From: Eledone cirrhosa
Taxonomy: Eukaryota
Reading direction: 5' to 3'
DNA: 64,000 bases
Assembly (NCBI GenBank): GCA_964016885.1
Contig: OZ024741.1
Coordinates: 345,340,001 to 345,404,000 of the forward strand
Shown here: positions 1-14,389 of the stretch, one piece after another
How the letters are laid out: each line of letters opens with the position of its first letter
How positions within the stretch are numbered: the first letter of the stretch is position 1
Program-made: the position numbers and the translations under genes
Notes under the pieces: model-generated
Databases searched by the model: none
What the model was told of the DNA's origin: nothing
Seen by the model: only the letters and a program-made list of their open reading frames with translations

Positions 1-26
1 AGTTATGGTCATGTACGTATGTTTAT

Positions 27-102
<76 letters not shown>

Positions 103-326
103 ATATATATATACACACACACATACATACATACATACATATATATATGTGTGTGTGTTTGTGTGTGCGTGTGTGTGTATTGATAAAGACACACGTGTAT
201 ACACACAATAATATACAGGTAGGTATTTGCCTTCCCAACCTACGGTGCAAAAATAAAACAATCCTGCGCATTTACTTTTCACGCACGCGTACTAACATCA
301 TACCACATTTAACATATTGGAAAATA

Positions 327-394
<68 letters not shown>

Positions 395-674
395 TTAGTG
401 TGGTAACGACGAGAATGACTACGGCAAACCAATTCTACATTTGAAATATTTATACACACGCGTATGTATACACGCATAATAGCGTGTATAGTCGTGTGTT
501 TATATGGCGAAACACCAGAATAACAAGACTCACTTTCAGCCTTAAAAGTATTGATTATATATCTTCGTTATATATATATATATATGTAAAAGTTCTATTT
601 AAATTGTTGGGATACAACAAGCAAATATTTTTATAACTGATATAAAGCACTCAACAAATAATTGGAGTAAAAAT

Positions 675-1021
675 ACGATATTAATAAATGGAAACTATAT
701 TTATAAAACCATATTTATTTCATTATACATATTTCAAGGACACGAAGTTAAATTATGGCGTGCTTTCATCAGATAAAATATAATATAGAGCAGTTTTATA
801 AATAAATATTGACATACCCTTAAAGAATGCAACCATTGCTGTAGGAGCTTCCAACAGCAATGGTTGCATTCTTTAAGGGTATGTCAATATTTATTTATAA
901 AACTGCTCTATATTATATTTTATCTGATGAAAGCACACCATAATTTAACTTGGTGTTCTTGAAATATGTATAATGAAATAAATATGGTTTTATAAATATA
1001 GGTTCCATTTGTTAATATCGT
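675..1021. repeat. ~350-bp near-perfect palindrome with hammerhead-like core (Penelope-like element end)
   Basis: Arms ACGATATTAA...CCATTGCTGT / ACAGCAATGG...TTAATATCGT centred near 846; CTGATGA (924-930)-stem AAGCACACCA/TGGTGTTCTT-GAAA (961-964); (TA)n on both sides. Confidence 0.75.
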
Positions 1022-1047
1022 TATATATATATATATATATATATTAA

Positions 1048-1429
1048 ACAAGGACGAATGGTTACTCCTTCATTACGTTTGTTGGTTGGTGACGCTGCGC
1101 GTTTCGCTACTAATGAGCTCAAGGTTCGATCTGTATCGATCTAGCCCGACTCTGAAATCAAAAGCTCGTCGAACCTCTGTAGTAGTAATGACAGAATGAA
1201 TATACATGGCATACAAAAAGTCTAATGTCGGTCAGTTTAAGTTGTTTTGAACGTTAGATTTTTTTGTATGCCATGTATATTCATTCTGTCATTACTACTA
1301 CAGAGGTCCGACGATCTTTTGATTCCAGAGTCAGGCTAGATCGATACAGATCGAACCTTGAGCTGATCAGTAGCGAAACGCGCAATACCAACCAATAAAC
1401 GTAATGAAGGAGTAACCATTCGTCCTTGT
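1048..1429. repeat. ~380-bp inverted repeat, Penelope-like terminal palindrome
   Basis: ACAAGGACGAATGGTTACTCC... / ...GGAGTAACCATTCGTCCTTGT; contains GCT..AGC-GAAACGCG, a motif typical of minimal PLE hammerheads. Confidence 0.65.
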
Positions 1430-1435
1430 ATCATT

Positions 1436-1625
1436 ATTGGCAGTATCGGTAGAGGGTCAGACGCCATGCTTTACAGCAAAGAGTTACGGCCCTTTATGAT
1501 CTAAGTCCAAATCCCGTCGAGGTTAAGTTTGCCTTTCATCCTTACAGGGTCGCTAAAATAAATTACCAGTAATACACTGGGTAATTGCTAGCCTTCTGGC
1601 AAAAGTGGAAACAATTATTATATTA
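1436..1625 (+). mobile_element. tRNA-derived SINE (octopus-type)
   Basis: TGGCAGTATCGG A-box-like, GTCCAAATCCC B-box-like, conserved body TTTGCCTTTCATCCTT..GGGTCG..AAAATAAA..ACCAGT and (ATT)n tail; multiple copies in the window. Confidence 0.8.
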
Positions 1626-2772
1626 CACTCTGTCTAGCTGTACACTTCGATACTGACGTGAACCTAAACATCGAGTGCTGTATATATGTATATCTATCTA
1701 TACATATATATAAAACTATAGTTGTCTCTGTCTGTGTGTCCTCATTTTTGCAAAGTCTATACAAATCCACATTTCTACTCCGATTGACTTCAAACTTGCA
1801 TTTATATATTCCTTGCGGTCTAAAGATATTAACTGCAGCTTTTATTTTTCAATTTTCTGTTGTTAAAGGGGTGTTAGGCGCCGGTTATCGATCTCTGTCG
1901 CGCCCTTATAATATATGTCTGTATGTCTAGCTATCTGCATTCCGACATTATGACAAACATTGATGACGTATTATGTTCGCTATTTTCCGTTCATTGCCAG
2001 GGAACGTCTTCATGAACCAAAGGGTGAAAGCAGCGACTCTTTGCTTAAACTTTAATCTGTTATTCTAATATATAATATAAGCGAGGCAAGCCAGCCCAGT
2101 TGCCACTTCTTGCCAATAAACATTAACCCTTTGTGCGCCATTCATCTAACTTTAGACCAACAAATACCAACCAAACGGAGCGTTGACAAGAACGATGGCA
2201 AATGAATCTTCGAGGTAAGCAGTTTCTTCCCAGGCTGTTAGTTCACGCGGGATTCTCTGCTACACCTTTTCGTAATAATACCGAACAACGTACTGCTGGT
2301 CACTCCTTCCTCCAAAATCCGTACATAGCGGACATGTGCATCGGGCAAATGGATCGGGTGCAAATCTACACCAGGCCTACGCGAGAAATTCGCAAGGGAC
2401 TGCACCGAGAGGGATAGAGAGAAAGAGTAACTTAGTGACAAGAGTGCGAATGAACTTTTGAGTTAAGTAGCCTACGCCTTACTGCTATGACACTGGAACC
2501 TTCTGCCAACTTAACCTGTGACTTTCTCTTTCACATTTACTCCAATAGGCCAAAACAGAAGAGTATGAAAAGAAGGGGCTCAACAATATTTCTATGAACA
2601 ATGCACGTAGACAGCTAAACTGTACATTCAACTTCTTAATTTTCTCCAAATAAAACAAGTTTCCTGTCGGTATATTTTCGTGAGTTTTTAACAGGCACTC
2701 ACAAATAAACGTTTCTCATTGGAGGTGCTATTACCAATGGTCTTACCCGTACAACGCCGGGGTACACTGCTA

Positions 2773-2853
<81 letters not shown>

Positions 2854-2990
2854 CATATATATATATATACATACATATATATATATATGTATATCTATAC
2901 ATACATATCTATATAAATATATATACATACATATCTATATAAATATATATAGATACATATATATAAATATATATACATACATATATATAA

Positions 2991-3040
<50 letters not shown>

Positions 3041-3044
<4 letters not shown>

Positions 3045-3148
3045 CGAAGGAAATGTGGTAAGGAACCAGGTGGACCATAACGCACCAAAGTACTCAATAC
3101 TTGAGGTAGTAGAGTGGGTAATAGGAACCAGTAAGACCCCGACAGCTG
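3041..3148 (-). repeat. Short interspersed repeat in (TA)n; same family at 9375-9552, 9560-9770 and 12281-12475
   Basis: Shared ATAACGAAG..GTGGTAAGGAACCAGG..GTACTCAATACTT..GTAGTAGAGTGGGTAATAGG; the copies at 9434-9552 and 12361-12475 fold back into palindromes containing CGAAACGG. Confidence 0.7.
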
Positions 3149-3339
3149 TATATATATATATACATACATACATATATATATATATACATACATATATATA
3201 TATATATGTATATCTATACATGCATATATATATAAATATATATACATACATATCTATATAAATATATACACATACATATATATAAATATATATACATACA
3301 TATATATAAATATATATACATACATATATATAAATATAT

Positions 3340-3410
<71 letters not shown>

Positions 3411-3547
3411 CATATATAAATATATATACATACATATATATAAATATATATACATACATATATATATATACATACATATATATATATATATACATACATA
3501 TATATATATATATATACATACATATATATATATATATATATACATAC

Positions 3548-3601
<54 letters not shown>

Positions 3602-3842
3602 TTTCTCAATGGCTAGGAATTCAGTCCACGCTTTGCTATTTCCTATCCACTGAATTATTTTTTAATAAGTTTCCAGAGTCCTCGCTTTGCCTGGAAACTT
3701 ACATGAGAATAGACTTTCCTGACGACGGAATGCTTCTCAATATCTTCTTCGGAAAATATATTTACTCCATTCCAGAAACTAATTAGTTGGAAGTGATATT
3801 TTAGTAAGTAAGTTAATTTTATAATTTTCTTATTTTACGTCT

Positions 3843-3965
<123 letters not shown>

Positions 3966-4231
3966 ATATATAGTTATAAGAATAACCAAAGTGTGCTTAG
4001 AAATAAACTGTTTTACCTAATAAAACAATGTATTTCTAAGCACTCTTTAGTTATTCCTATAACTATAACGGCTCTGTAGTATACTAGTTATCCTACATTG
4101 AGCTAAAACCACACTGTCATACCAAGAGCAATATATCTGCATGTCTGGGCATATTGATATATTTGTCAACGAAACTATATATATATATATGTATATATAT
4201 ATGTGTATATATATATATGTATATATATATA

Positions 4232-4376
<145 letters not shown>

Positions 4377-4751
4377 GTGAGGTTTTTTTTACAAAATGAA
4401 AAATAACCGAGGTGTCCTACACGAGTGAAAGTATAAAGAAAAAGAGATGAAATCGAAAATGCAACTGAAGTCTTATTTTTTTTTTAAATATATATATTTA
4501 TTTGGTTCCTTTACCGGTTTCGCAGTTCTTCTGCTTTTCAAAAGGTGAGTTGAGATGGAGGGTCTGTGGTTTTTCTCACATATATATATATAGTAATAAT
4601 AATAAATTTGAAGACTAAAATCTAAAGAGGGCTCGATAAGGATAAATATATATCAAATATATAAGAACCGTAGAGCAAATATTTATTAAAATAACAGAAG
4701 ATCCCGTTAAGGGTGAAAGCAGCGATTCTTTGCTTAAACTTTAATCTGTTA

Positions 4752-4782
<31 letters not shown>

Positions 4783-5027
4783 CGTATACACATGATACAC
4801 GTGTAATATTGATATCACACACATACATGAAAACGCATACATGTAATAACATCGTTATATACTTATAACATATTTTCACACATGTACATACATACACCCA
4901 CATTACATACATACATGCATACATACATACATACATACATACATACAAACATACATACATACAAACATACATACATACATACATACAAGCATACATACAT
5001 ACATACATACATACATACATACATACA

Positions 5028-5061
<34 letters not shown>

Positions 5062-5902
5062 CATACATACATACATACATACATAGTGGCTGCCAACTCG
5101 TTTTCAAGTACGGCCACTACTTTATATCCATGTAGGAGAACCCCTACCGATGCCCTGAACGAGTGTGACTTTTTAGTCCAGCCAGCGACTTGAAAACTAT
5201 GGTACAAACACTACACCTGTGACAATTATTGATACATAGTGCTGGGCCCATGGTACCATGTGACGACAAGGGCAGAGAGATCTCCAGATATAAAGCAATG
5301 CCTGTGCCGTGAAGCTTTTATAGTGAGCAAAGGCACTGCACAAAGCCAGTCCCACTCTCTTAACCAAGATGATATCTACCAAAAAGAAGAACAAGTCAAC
5401 ATCACTGGATACCATCAGGGTTGCAGGTGTTATATCAGAGTTTTCCTTCTCCTAGAATTCTGTCTTGACAAAGGCTAAGGGGTCATCTCTCCCGGTGATT
5501 TTGGATGGCTATTGACTCTTAAGAGCCCCTTTGCCTTTTGACAGGTTTTGTTTTTAGTCCTGCAGGATGTCCAAAGCCACCCTCCTCACCAAGAAACCTT
5601 GGTGGGGTTGCCAGTTTAGTCGCCAACGACCCGACCATGAGACATACATGTATATATATGTACATATATACATACATATACACATATACATATATATATA
5701 CATATATATACATATACATACATATATATATATATACATATATATATACACATGTATGTATATATGTATATATGTGTATATATGTGTATGTATATATATG
5801 TATATATATATATGTATATATATGTATATATGTGTATGTGTGTATATGTGTATGTATATACATACATACATACATACATACATACATACATACATACATA
5901 CA

Positions 5903-5931
<29 letters not shown>

Positions 5932-5933
<2 letters not shown>

Positions 5934-7479
5934 CTCCCATCTTCTCTTTGTTGATGACCTGAAGTTGTATGGGCCAAATATCTATGACATCAAGAAACAA
6001 TTGGACCTCATTACACAATTTTCAACCGACATCAAAATGAAATTTGGTGAGTCCAAGTGTGCATATTTGGCAGTAAAACGTGGAAGAGCTGTGCCCTCCT
6101 CTAGAAATCTAGAGATGAACGGCCTGACAATACAACCTCTACAGTCAGGTGACAACTACAGATATCTTGGACAGGATGAGAATGTCAGATATGATGGACC
6201 CATAAATAAGGAGAGAACCAGAACTGAATACCTCAGAAGAGTAAAGAAAATATGGTCATCAGAACTGTTAGCGTACAACAAATACATTGCCCACAATACT
6301 TATGCTGTGCCAATTCTAACGCCAACATTTGGCCTGCTGAACTGGTCATTGCAAGAACTAAGTGAGATGGATGTTAGAACTCGCAAACTTCTCAGTGTTA
6401 CTGGGAACTTTAACATCAATGGTGATGTGGATAGGCTATACTTCTCACACAAGGAAGGTGGCCGGGGTCTAAAATCGATATTAACAACATATGAGACCCG
6501 GATAGTAACACTGAAGCAACACCTTCAACAGAGGAAAAAGGTTGGCAACCATCTTGCCCAGATTTATGAGCATGAAAAAAAAAATATCATTAGAATAGCG
6601 ACTGATCTGGAGGAGAGATATGGAATAAAGCCTGATATAAATCTCTCACCCAGAGAAATCGGAAGATCCTATTCAATGTTCAAACAAGATAAAAAAATTG
6701 ACCAATTTACAGAAAAAGTTGTGCATGGATACTTGAGGCGTAAAACACAGACCATAGAGGAGATAAACCACTCAAAAAGCCTGGCATGGAGTTCCGACAA
6801 GTTTATGACATCACACCTTGAGGGATATCTCTATGCAATACAGGAACAAGAACTCCCTACCAAATATCTGCTGCACAAAAGAGGAGGGCCAGCAGCTGAC
6901 AATAAATGTAGGCTATGTAAAACAAAGATCGAGGATGTAAGCTACATTGTTGCCAGCTGCGAAAGAATGTCATCTCGCTACTACCTCCCCATGAGACACG
7001 ATGGGATAGCTAGAACCATCTGGAACGCACTTCGGAAAACAAAATTAACAACAAACGAGGAAGAATATATTGAGACAGATGGCACTAAGGAATACTGGTG
7101 GAACCTGAAAATAAAAACTGCCACCAACTTAAAGCACAACCGGCCTGATATTGTTGTTTGAGACCACACATTGAAAACGTGTTCTGTTGTGGAGATCAGC
7201 TGCCCACATGATGTAAACGTTGTCAGAAAAATACAGGAGAAGGAGGACATCTATGGACCATTGATGAGGAGTTTACAAATCCAGTATCCAAGATACACCT
7301 TTAGCTCCATACCCATCATTATTGCAGCTACGGGTTATATACCAACCCGCTTGGACCAAAGTATGACTGAACTTGGATTTGCGGACAAAAAGCGCAGCTC
7401 CCTAATGCATAGTATACAAATGCCTGCGATAGTTGGCACCTTCAAAATTTGCAAAACATTCTTGCGATTCAAGGGATGA
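5932..7479 (+). mobile_element. 5'-truncated R4/Dong-clade non-LTR retrotransposon (RT C-terminal part plus restriction-like endonuclease)
   Basis: [14 protein letters not shown] motif, YRYLG, CRLC..SC zinc-knuckle remnant, RHDG, RPDIVV..VVEISCP RLE motif; one in-frame TGA at 7159-7161; begins at a (CATA)n tract. Confidence 0.9.
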
Positions 7480-7853
7480 CAATTTCTTTTCTTTTACAAC
7501 CTTGCCACCAGGAAGGTGGCCGGTCAAAAAAAATATACTCGAAATTAAGAGAAAGAGATAAAATACTGTGATACGAGCGCAAATTGAATTCTTGTCATTA
7601 ATATTGTTGTTATTGAAGTTGTTGCTGCTTAGTCCCAGATCAAAGCCGTTCCAGCCGTGACAATCCTGCATTCTAAATATATAAATACATTATACAATGT
7701 GTCCTTCCCTATTAAGAGGGCAGGCTGAGATTTAAGAGAAATTCCACAGCTATTTCTAGCATATAGAGTCAAACAATTACGATGTGTATATATGATGTAT
7801 AAGCAAGGAATCTGTTGAATATATGTCTGTTGTTGAATGTATGTTTGTTGAAT

Positions 7854-8015
7854 ACAGGTAAAATTCCGTTATAACGAATACCATTATAACGAATTTTTCA
7901 GTATAACGAAATTTGTTTCAATCCCCGGCCACACGCTCGACGCGTTAGGTCGATCTCGTTATAAAGAATTTTTCGTTACAACGAATTTTTTTTTATACCT
8001 CATGAATTTCGTTAT
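7854..8015. mobile_element. Tigger/pogo-type MITE remnant
   Basis: TA-CAGG start and repeated TATAACGAA / TTCGTTAT inverted motifs. Confidence 0.5.
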
Positions 8016-8798
8016 GTATGCCTGTCAAATGTTCAATCGTTGTTAAATCTTTATTTATATACACAAATAATTATATACTTATGTCGATACATGCACAAAC
8101 TCTGATATAAATATACGAATAGACATGCATAGACGATTTCTTAGAGAAGGAAATAGAACTAGTTCTGTAATAAGAGTCATTATTCTAATATAAAAATAGA
8201 TAATATAAAGGCTAACACACACACATACACATCGTTTACATGTGAATATATATATGCGAACACATAATTGCAATTACATATATAACACACTGTGTATGCC
8301 ATTATATCAAGTATATTTTGTGATGTATGTTTGTATGTATACCTGTACGTATGTATGAATATATGTATGTATGTACGTACATATGTATGTATATATGTGT
8401 ATATGTAAGAATGTATGTATGTATTTATGTATGTATGAATGAATATACGTATGTATGTATGTTTGTATGTTTGTATGTATGTATGAACGTATGTATGAAT
8501 ATATGTATGTATGTATGTACGTACGTATGTATGTATGAATATATGTATGTATGTACGTATGTATATACGTATGTATATATATGTATGTATGTATGTACGT
8601 ATATATGTATGAATACATGTATGTATGTATATTCGTACGTACATATGTATGTATGCTTATATGTATATTCGTACGTACATATGTATGTATGCTTATATGT
8701 ATGCATTAATGAATATATGTATGTACGTACGTACGCACGTATGTATGCATGTACGTACGTACGAATATATGTATGTATGTATGTATGTACGTAAGAAC

Positions 8799-8829
<31 letters not shown>

Positions 8830-9097
8830 TGTATGTATGTATGTATGTATGTATGTATGTATGTATGTATGTATGTATGTATGTGGTATGGATGTATATA
8901 TTTACGACGTGTATATATAAATAGAATGAATGAATGAGTGCAATATTTTTTTTTCTCAAGAATTTTTTTAATTTCTCATTCTATTTTCTGATGAAAGACT
9001 AGCTTCCGAAACATTAAGCCACTTTTCCTACTATATCAAGCGTAAAAATAATAACATATTTCTTCAAAAATATTGTTTGCCTCTTGCACACACACAC

Positions 9098-9229
<132 letters not shown>

Positions 9230-9301
9230 GCACATGGAAGCAAACATACAATATGTTAGTACTGCTGTTAATATATATGTATATGTGTTTGTTGTTTGTA
9301 T

Positions 9302-9378
<77 letters not shown>

Positions 9379-9954
9379 GAAGGATGGACCATAACGCACC
9401 AGAGTACTCAATACTTAGGGTAGTAGAGTGGGTAATAGGAAAAAGTATGACCCCGACGGCAGAGCTCAAGCCGTTTCGACAGCTATTTCTAGACGCAGAA
9501 ATAGCCGTCGAAACGGCTTGAGCTCTGCCGTCGGGGTCATACTTTTTCCTATATATATATATAGGAAAATGTTCAAGACCCCTATATATATAGGAAAATG
9601 CTCAAGCCGTTTCGACGGCTATTTCGTCGAAATGGCTTGAGCTCTGCCGTTGAGGTCTTGAACATTTTCTTATTACCCACTCTACTACCCTAAGTATTGA
9701 GTACTCTGGTGCCTTATGGTCCATCTGGTTCCTTATGGTCCATCTGGTTCCTTACCACACTTCCTTCGTTATATATATATATATATATTATATACATGTG
9801 TGCGTGTGTTCCTTATATGATTACAAATATATATATATAAACACACATATATATGTGTGTGTGTGTTTATGTGTGTATGTGTGCGTTTCGCTAATTTCTA
9901 CCCGCCGAAATGCGATTCTCGCTAAATTTATATATATATATATATAATAATATA

Positions 9955-10333
9955 ATTGTTTCTACTTTAGGCACAAGGCCAGCAAATACTCAGTGCATTA
10001 CTGGTACTTTATTTTATCGACCCCGTAAGGATGAAAGGCAAAGTTAACCTCAGCAGGATTTGAACTCAGAACGTAACTATGCTGGAAAGCATGGCGCCCG
10101 ACTCTCTACCGATACTGCCAATCCACCACCCGTATAATAATAATATAATTGTTTCTACTTTAGGCACAAGGCCAGCAATTATCCAGTGCATTACTGGTAC
10201 TTTATTTTATCGACCCCGTAAGGATGAAAGGCAAAATCAACCTCGGCGGGATTTGAACTCAAATCGTAAAGGGACGTAACTATGCTGGAAAGCATGGCGT
10301 CCGACCCTCTACCGATACTGCCAATCCACCGCC
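9955..10333 (-). mobile_element. Two tandem SINE copies
   Basis: Reverse complements of the 1436-1625 SINE at ~9955-10130 and ~10148-10333. Confidence 0.8.
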
Positions 10334-10517
10334 AGGAGGCTTGACTTGTCCAGCCTCCTGTCATTTTATTATAATATTTAACTCCGTACTAGCACGACCA
10401 ACTACAAAAACGAAGACGGTTGAACTGCTTTACGTTGAGTACTCTCTATATTATTACATTAAGATTGACCATACTGAATTGATCAGCTCTATCCAGTGGT
10501 GAACCTTCAAACCTGAA

Positions 10518-10559
<42 letters not shown>

Positions 10560-10649
10560 CTTACGTACATACACATATATATATATGTATGCATAGATAC
10601 ATACATGTATAAATACATACATATACTCATAGACATACGCCCCTTTACA

Positions 10650-10771
10650 AACTGAGTTCAAATCCCGCCGAGGTTAATTTTGCCTTTCATCCTTACGTGG
10701 TCGATAAAATAAAGTACCAGTAATGTACTGCCATAGTTGCTGGCCTTGTGCCAAAAGTAGAAACAATTATA
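10650..10771 (+). mobile_element. 5'-truncated SINE
   Basis: GAGTTCAAATCCCGCCGAGG..TTTGCCTTTCATCCTT..AAAAGTAGAAACAATTAT. Confidence 0.75.
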
Positions 10772-10904
10772 AAGAGTAAACATACCAAAAATGGATAAAT
10801 GCCTATATACATTACACCATATATTGTGTACTTTTTCTCGTATATGTGAAGTAGAAATATTGAAATGGAAAAATGCAAATATACTCGCAGCACACATATA
10901 TGTA

Positions 10905-10942
<38 letters not shown>

Positions 10943-11103
10943 TATACTCTGATATTATACTCCGCTCTGTAAAAGCATCGAGTGCTCAAATGTCCTACCG
11001 CATACGGACGCTTTAAGCATCCCACACCAATTATATATATATATATGTAATATATATATACATATATATATATGTGTGTGTATATATATATTTTTTTTTT
11101 AAA

Positions 11104-11290
11104 TATAGAAAAGGTTCTACAGGACTAGAACTGTTTCATTCGTGAGAAATCATCAGGAAACTTCCTGATGATTTCTCACGAATGAAACAGTTCTAGTCCT
11201 GTAGAAGCTTTTCTATATTAAACATTTATACTCTGCTTTGTATTGAGTACCTTACTTACTGTGGTTACCCCCGATTCAACCCGGAATAAC
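11104..11290 (+). repeat. Palindromic Penelope-like end with hammerhead-like core; second copy 12604-12780
   Basis: TTCTACAGGACTAGAACTGTTTCATTC..ATCATCAGG / CCTGATGAT..GAATGAAACAGTTCTAGTCCTGTAGAA; CTGATGA..GAAAC..GTC core; ends in (TA)n. Confidence 0.65.
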
Positions 11291-11393
<103 letters not shown>

Positions 11394-11505
11394 GTGTGTG
11401 TATGTATGTAAATATATAAATATATGTGTATTCTGGAAGTAGCTGACGAAACGGGAAGAGCTCAGCTGAGTATATATATATGTGTATATATATATATATA
11501 CACAG

Positions 11506-11552
<47 letters not shown>

Positions 11553-11648
11553 TATATACAATATATATATACACACACACACACACACATATATACAATA
11601 TATATATATATACACACACACATACATATATTATATATATATATATAT

Positions 11649-11689
<41 letters not shown>

Positions 11690-11937
11690 TACATTATATA
11701 TGAGCACATATGTATGTTCATACGTGTTTATACATATGTATGCATAAATAATATATATGCAAACACTACACAAATAATCAGTGCATTGCTCTCAAAATTA
11801 ATTATACATTACATTACTGCTCCTACACACACATATGAACGCTTGTGTGAGTATATATACATACATCTTATCACACACACATATGTAGTGTGTGCGAATA
11901 TATATATATATATATATATATTTATTTATATCATATA

Positions 11938-12020
11938 TACAGCGTGTCCCCAAAAATGTATACATATATTTATTAGAATGCTGTTGAAGTGTGTATACAT
12001 GTTTGGGAGGCACCCTGTAT
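11938..12020. mobile_element. ~80-bp Tc1/mariner-type mini-MITE; related copy 13505-13581 in opposite orientation
   Basis: TA-CAG..CCCAAAAATGTATACA...TGTATACAT..TTG..CTG-TA terminal inverted repeats. Confidence 0.6.
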
Positions 12021-12471
12021 ATATACGTACATCTTATCACACACACACACACCTATATATATATATACACATATATATATACACATATATATATATACAC
12101 ATATATATATACACATGTATATATACACACATATATATACACACATATATATATACATATATATATACATACATATATATATACATACATATATATATAC
12201 ATATATATATATACATATATATATATATACATATATACACACACATATAAACACACATATATACATATATATATATGTATATAACGAAGCAAATGTGGTA
12301 AGGAACCAGGTCGACCATAGCGCACCAAAGTACTCAATACTTAGGGTAGTAGAGTGGGTAATAGGAACGAGTAGGACCCCGACGGCTGAGCTCAAGCCGT
12401 TTCGACGGCTAATTCTGGACTCAATTAGCCGTCGAAACGGCTTGAGCTCAGCCGTCGGGGTCCTACTCGTT

Positions 12472-12531
<60 letters not shown>

Positions 12532-12548
12532 CATATACACACACACAC

Positions 12549-12606
<58 letters not shown>

Positions 12607-13338
12607 ATTCTACAGGACTAGAACTGTTTCATTCTTTAGAAATCATCAGGAATCTCTGATGATTTCTAAAGAATGAAACAGTTCTAGTCCTGTAGAATCT
12701 CTATATTAAAATTATCATACTCTGCTATGTATTGAGTACCTTACTTACTGTGGTTACCTCCGATTCATCCCGGAATAACTTACCTATATATTTATATATA
12801 TATATATAGATTTATATTTATATATAATATTTATATATATATATATATATAAATAAACGTGTGAATACATTCATACATATTCATACATACATCAGGTGTA
12901 TTGCTGTACATAAACACCCACCACATATTGCTCACCTCGCTGTAACCCGCCTGTCAATTACTGAAGGTATCCCACCGCATTGAAACTCTGACCCCTAAAA
13001 TGTGCCAATATGAACGCCAGCAAGCGTTACACTAATACGGTTGTTAAATATTTACTAAGAACACACTTACCTCTCACTGCACTGCGCTGCGCATCTCCCT
13101 GTCTTTCTTTCTCCTCTCTGCCTGAACGAGTTTGTATGCTTGTGTTATATTTCTTCTCTCTCTCTCTCTTTCAGTCTCTCTCTCACTCTCTCTCTCTCTC
13201 TCTCTCTTTCCGTACCAGAAACATAAACATTAGTACAACCACGAGCTAACCTCTCCTTGGGTCTCTCGTCATGCTAGAAATAGTAGCTCCTAGTTTTATA
13301 CATACACACAATATATTTACATACATATATATACATAC

Positions 13339-13369
<31 letters not shown>

Positions 13370-14389
13370 CATATATATATACATATACATACATATATAT
13401 ATATATACATATATATATACATATACATACATATATATATATACATATACATATATATATATATATAAAGATATACACATATATATATATATGTATATAC
13501 ATATACAGTGTCCCCCAAAAATGTATACACACTTCAACAGCATTCGAATAAGTATGTGTATACATTTTTTGAGACACTGTATATATATGTGTATATTTAT
13601 ATACATAAATACATATTCGTATGTACACACACACACAATGTAGGGGAATGGGCAGACAAAGAGAATTATCACATTTATTTTAATCCATCTTATATATTTC
13701 CCTCCCCCTCTCTCTCGCCTTAGTTCTCTTTTCATGTCCACCTCTATCCTTCATTATCTTCAATAAGCTGACAAGTAGCATTTGACTATCTACGGATTGT
13801 GGTGGCTGGGTGGTTTGAGTTAGAGGAGGTTTTGTTTGTTTTTTTACTGTGTTGTTGTTTTTGTTATTATTGCTGTTGTGTTGTTGGTGACGGAGGTGAT
13901 CATATTTGTAATGGCAGTTTTAGTAGTCTTTATGTAGCCTTAAGAAGAGGCGGCAAATTGGTAGAGGCGTTAGAATGCCGGATAGAATGCTTTGTTGTAT
14001 TCGTTCTGGTCCTCTGCACTTTAAGTTCAAATCCCACTGAGGTCATATTTGCCTTTTATCATTCCAAGGTCGAAAAACCAAAAGTACCAGTCTAATACTA
14101 GGGTCGACTCTTCCTCTATATTTCTATCTTTATATCCTCTATATCTCCATCTTTGCCCTGGAAGAAATCTACTGTGTTGAGATCTGGAGAATGGAGCTCC
14201 GCCAGGTTTAAGCTAACTGCCCAAGAAATGTCGCTTGTCATTACAACGCCCCTTCGACTACAGGAGTTACGCGTTTAGCGGAGACTAGTTGTCCTGGAGA
14301 TCGTGCCATTGATGTTGTTATTTAGCCCCACATCAACCCCCATCGAACACACCTACGATCATTCTAATCATGGCCTATCTCGTCCATTT

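Noticed and set aside
1436-1530. tRNA-like A/B boxes
   Set aside because: They are SINE heads in multiple copies with body and tail; no cloverleaf is evident.
5752-5931. N-terminal 60 aa of the 469-aa ORF
   Set aside because: Microsatellite read-through in frame with a 5'-truncated R4/Dong element; not a real start.
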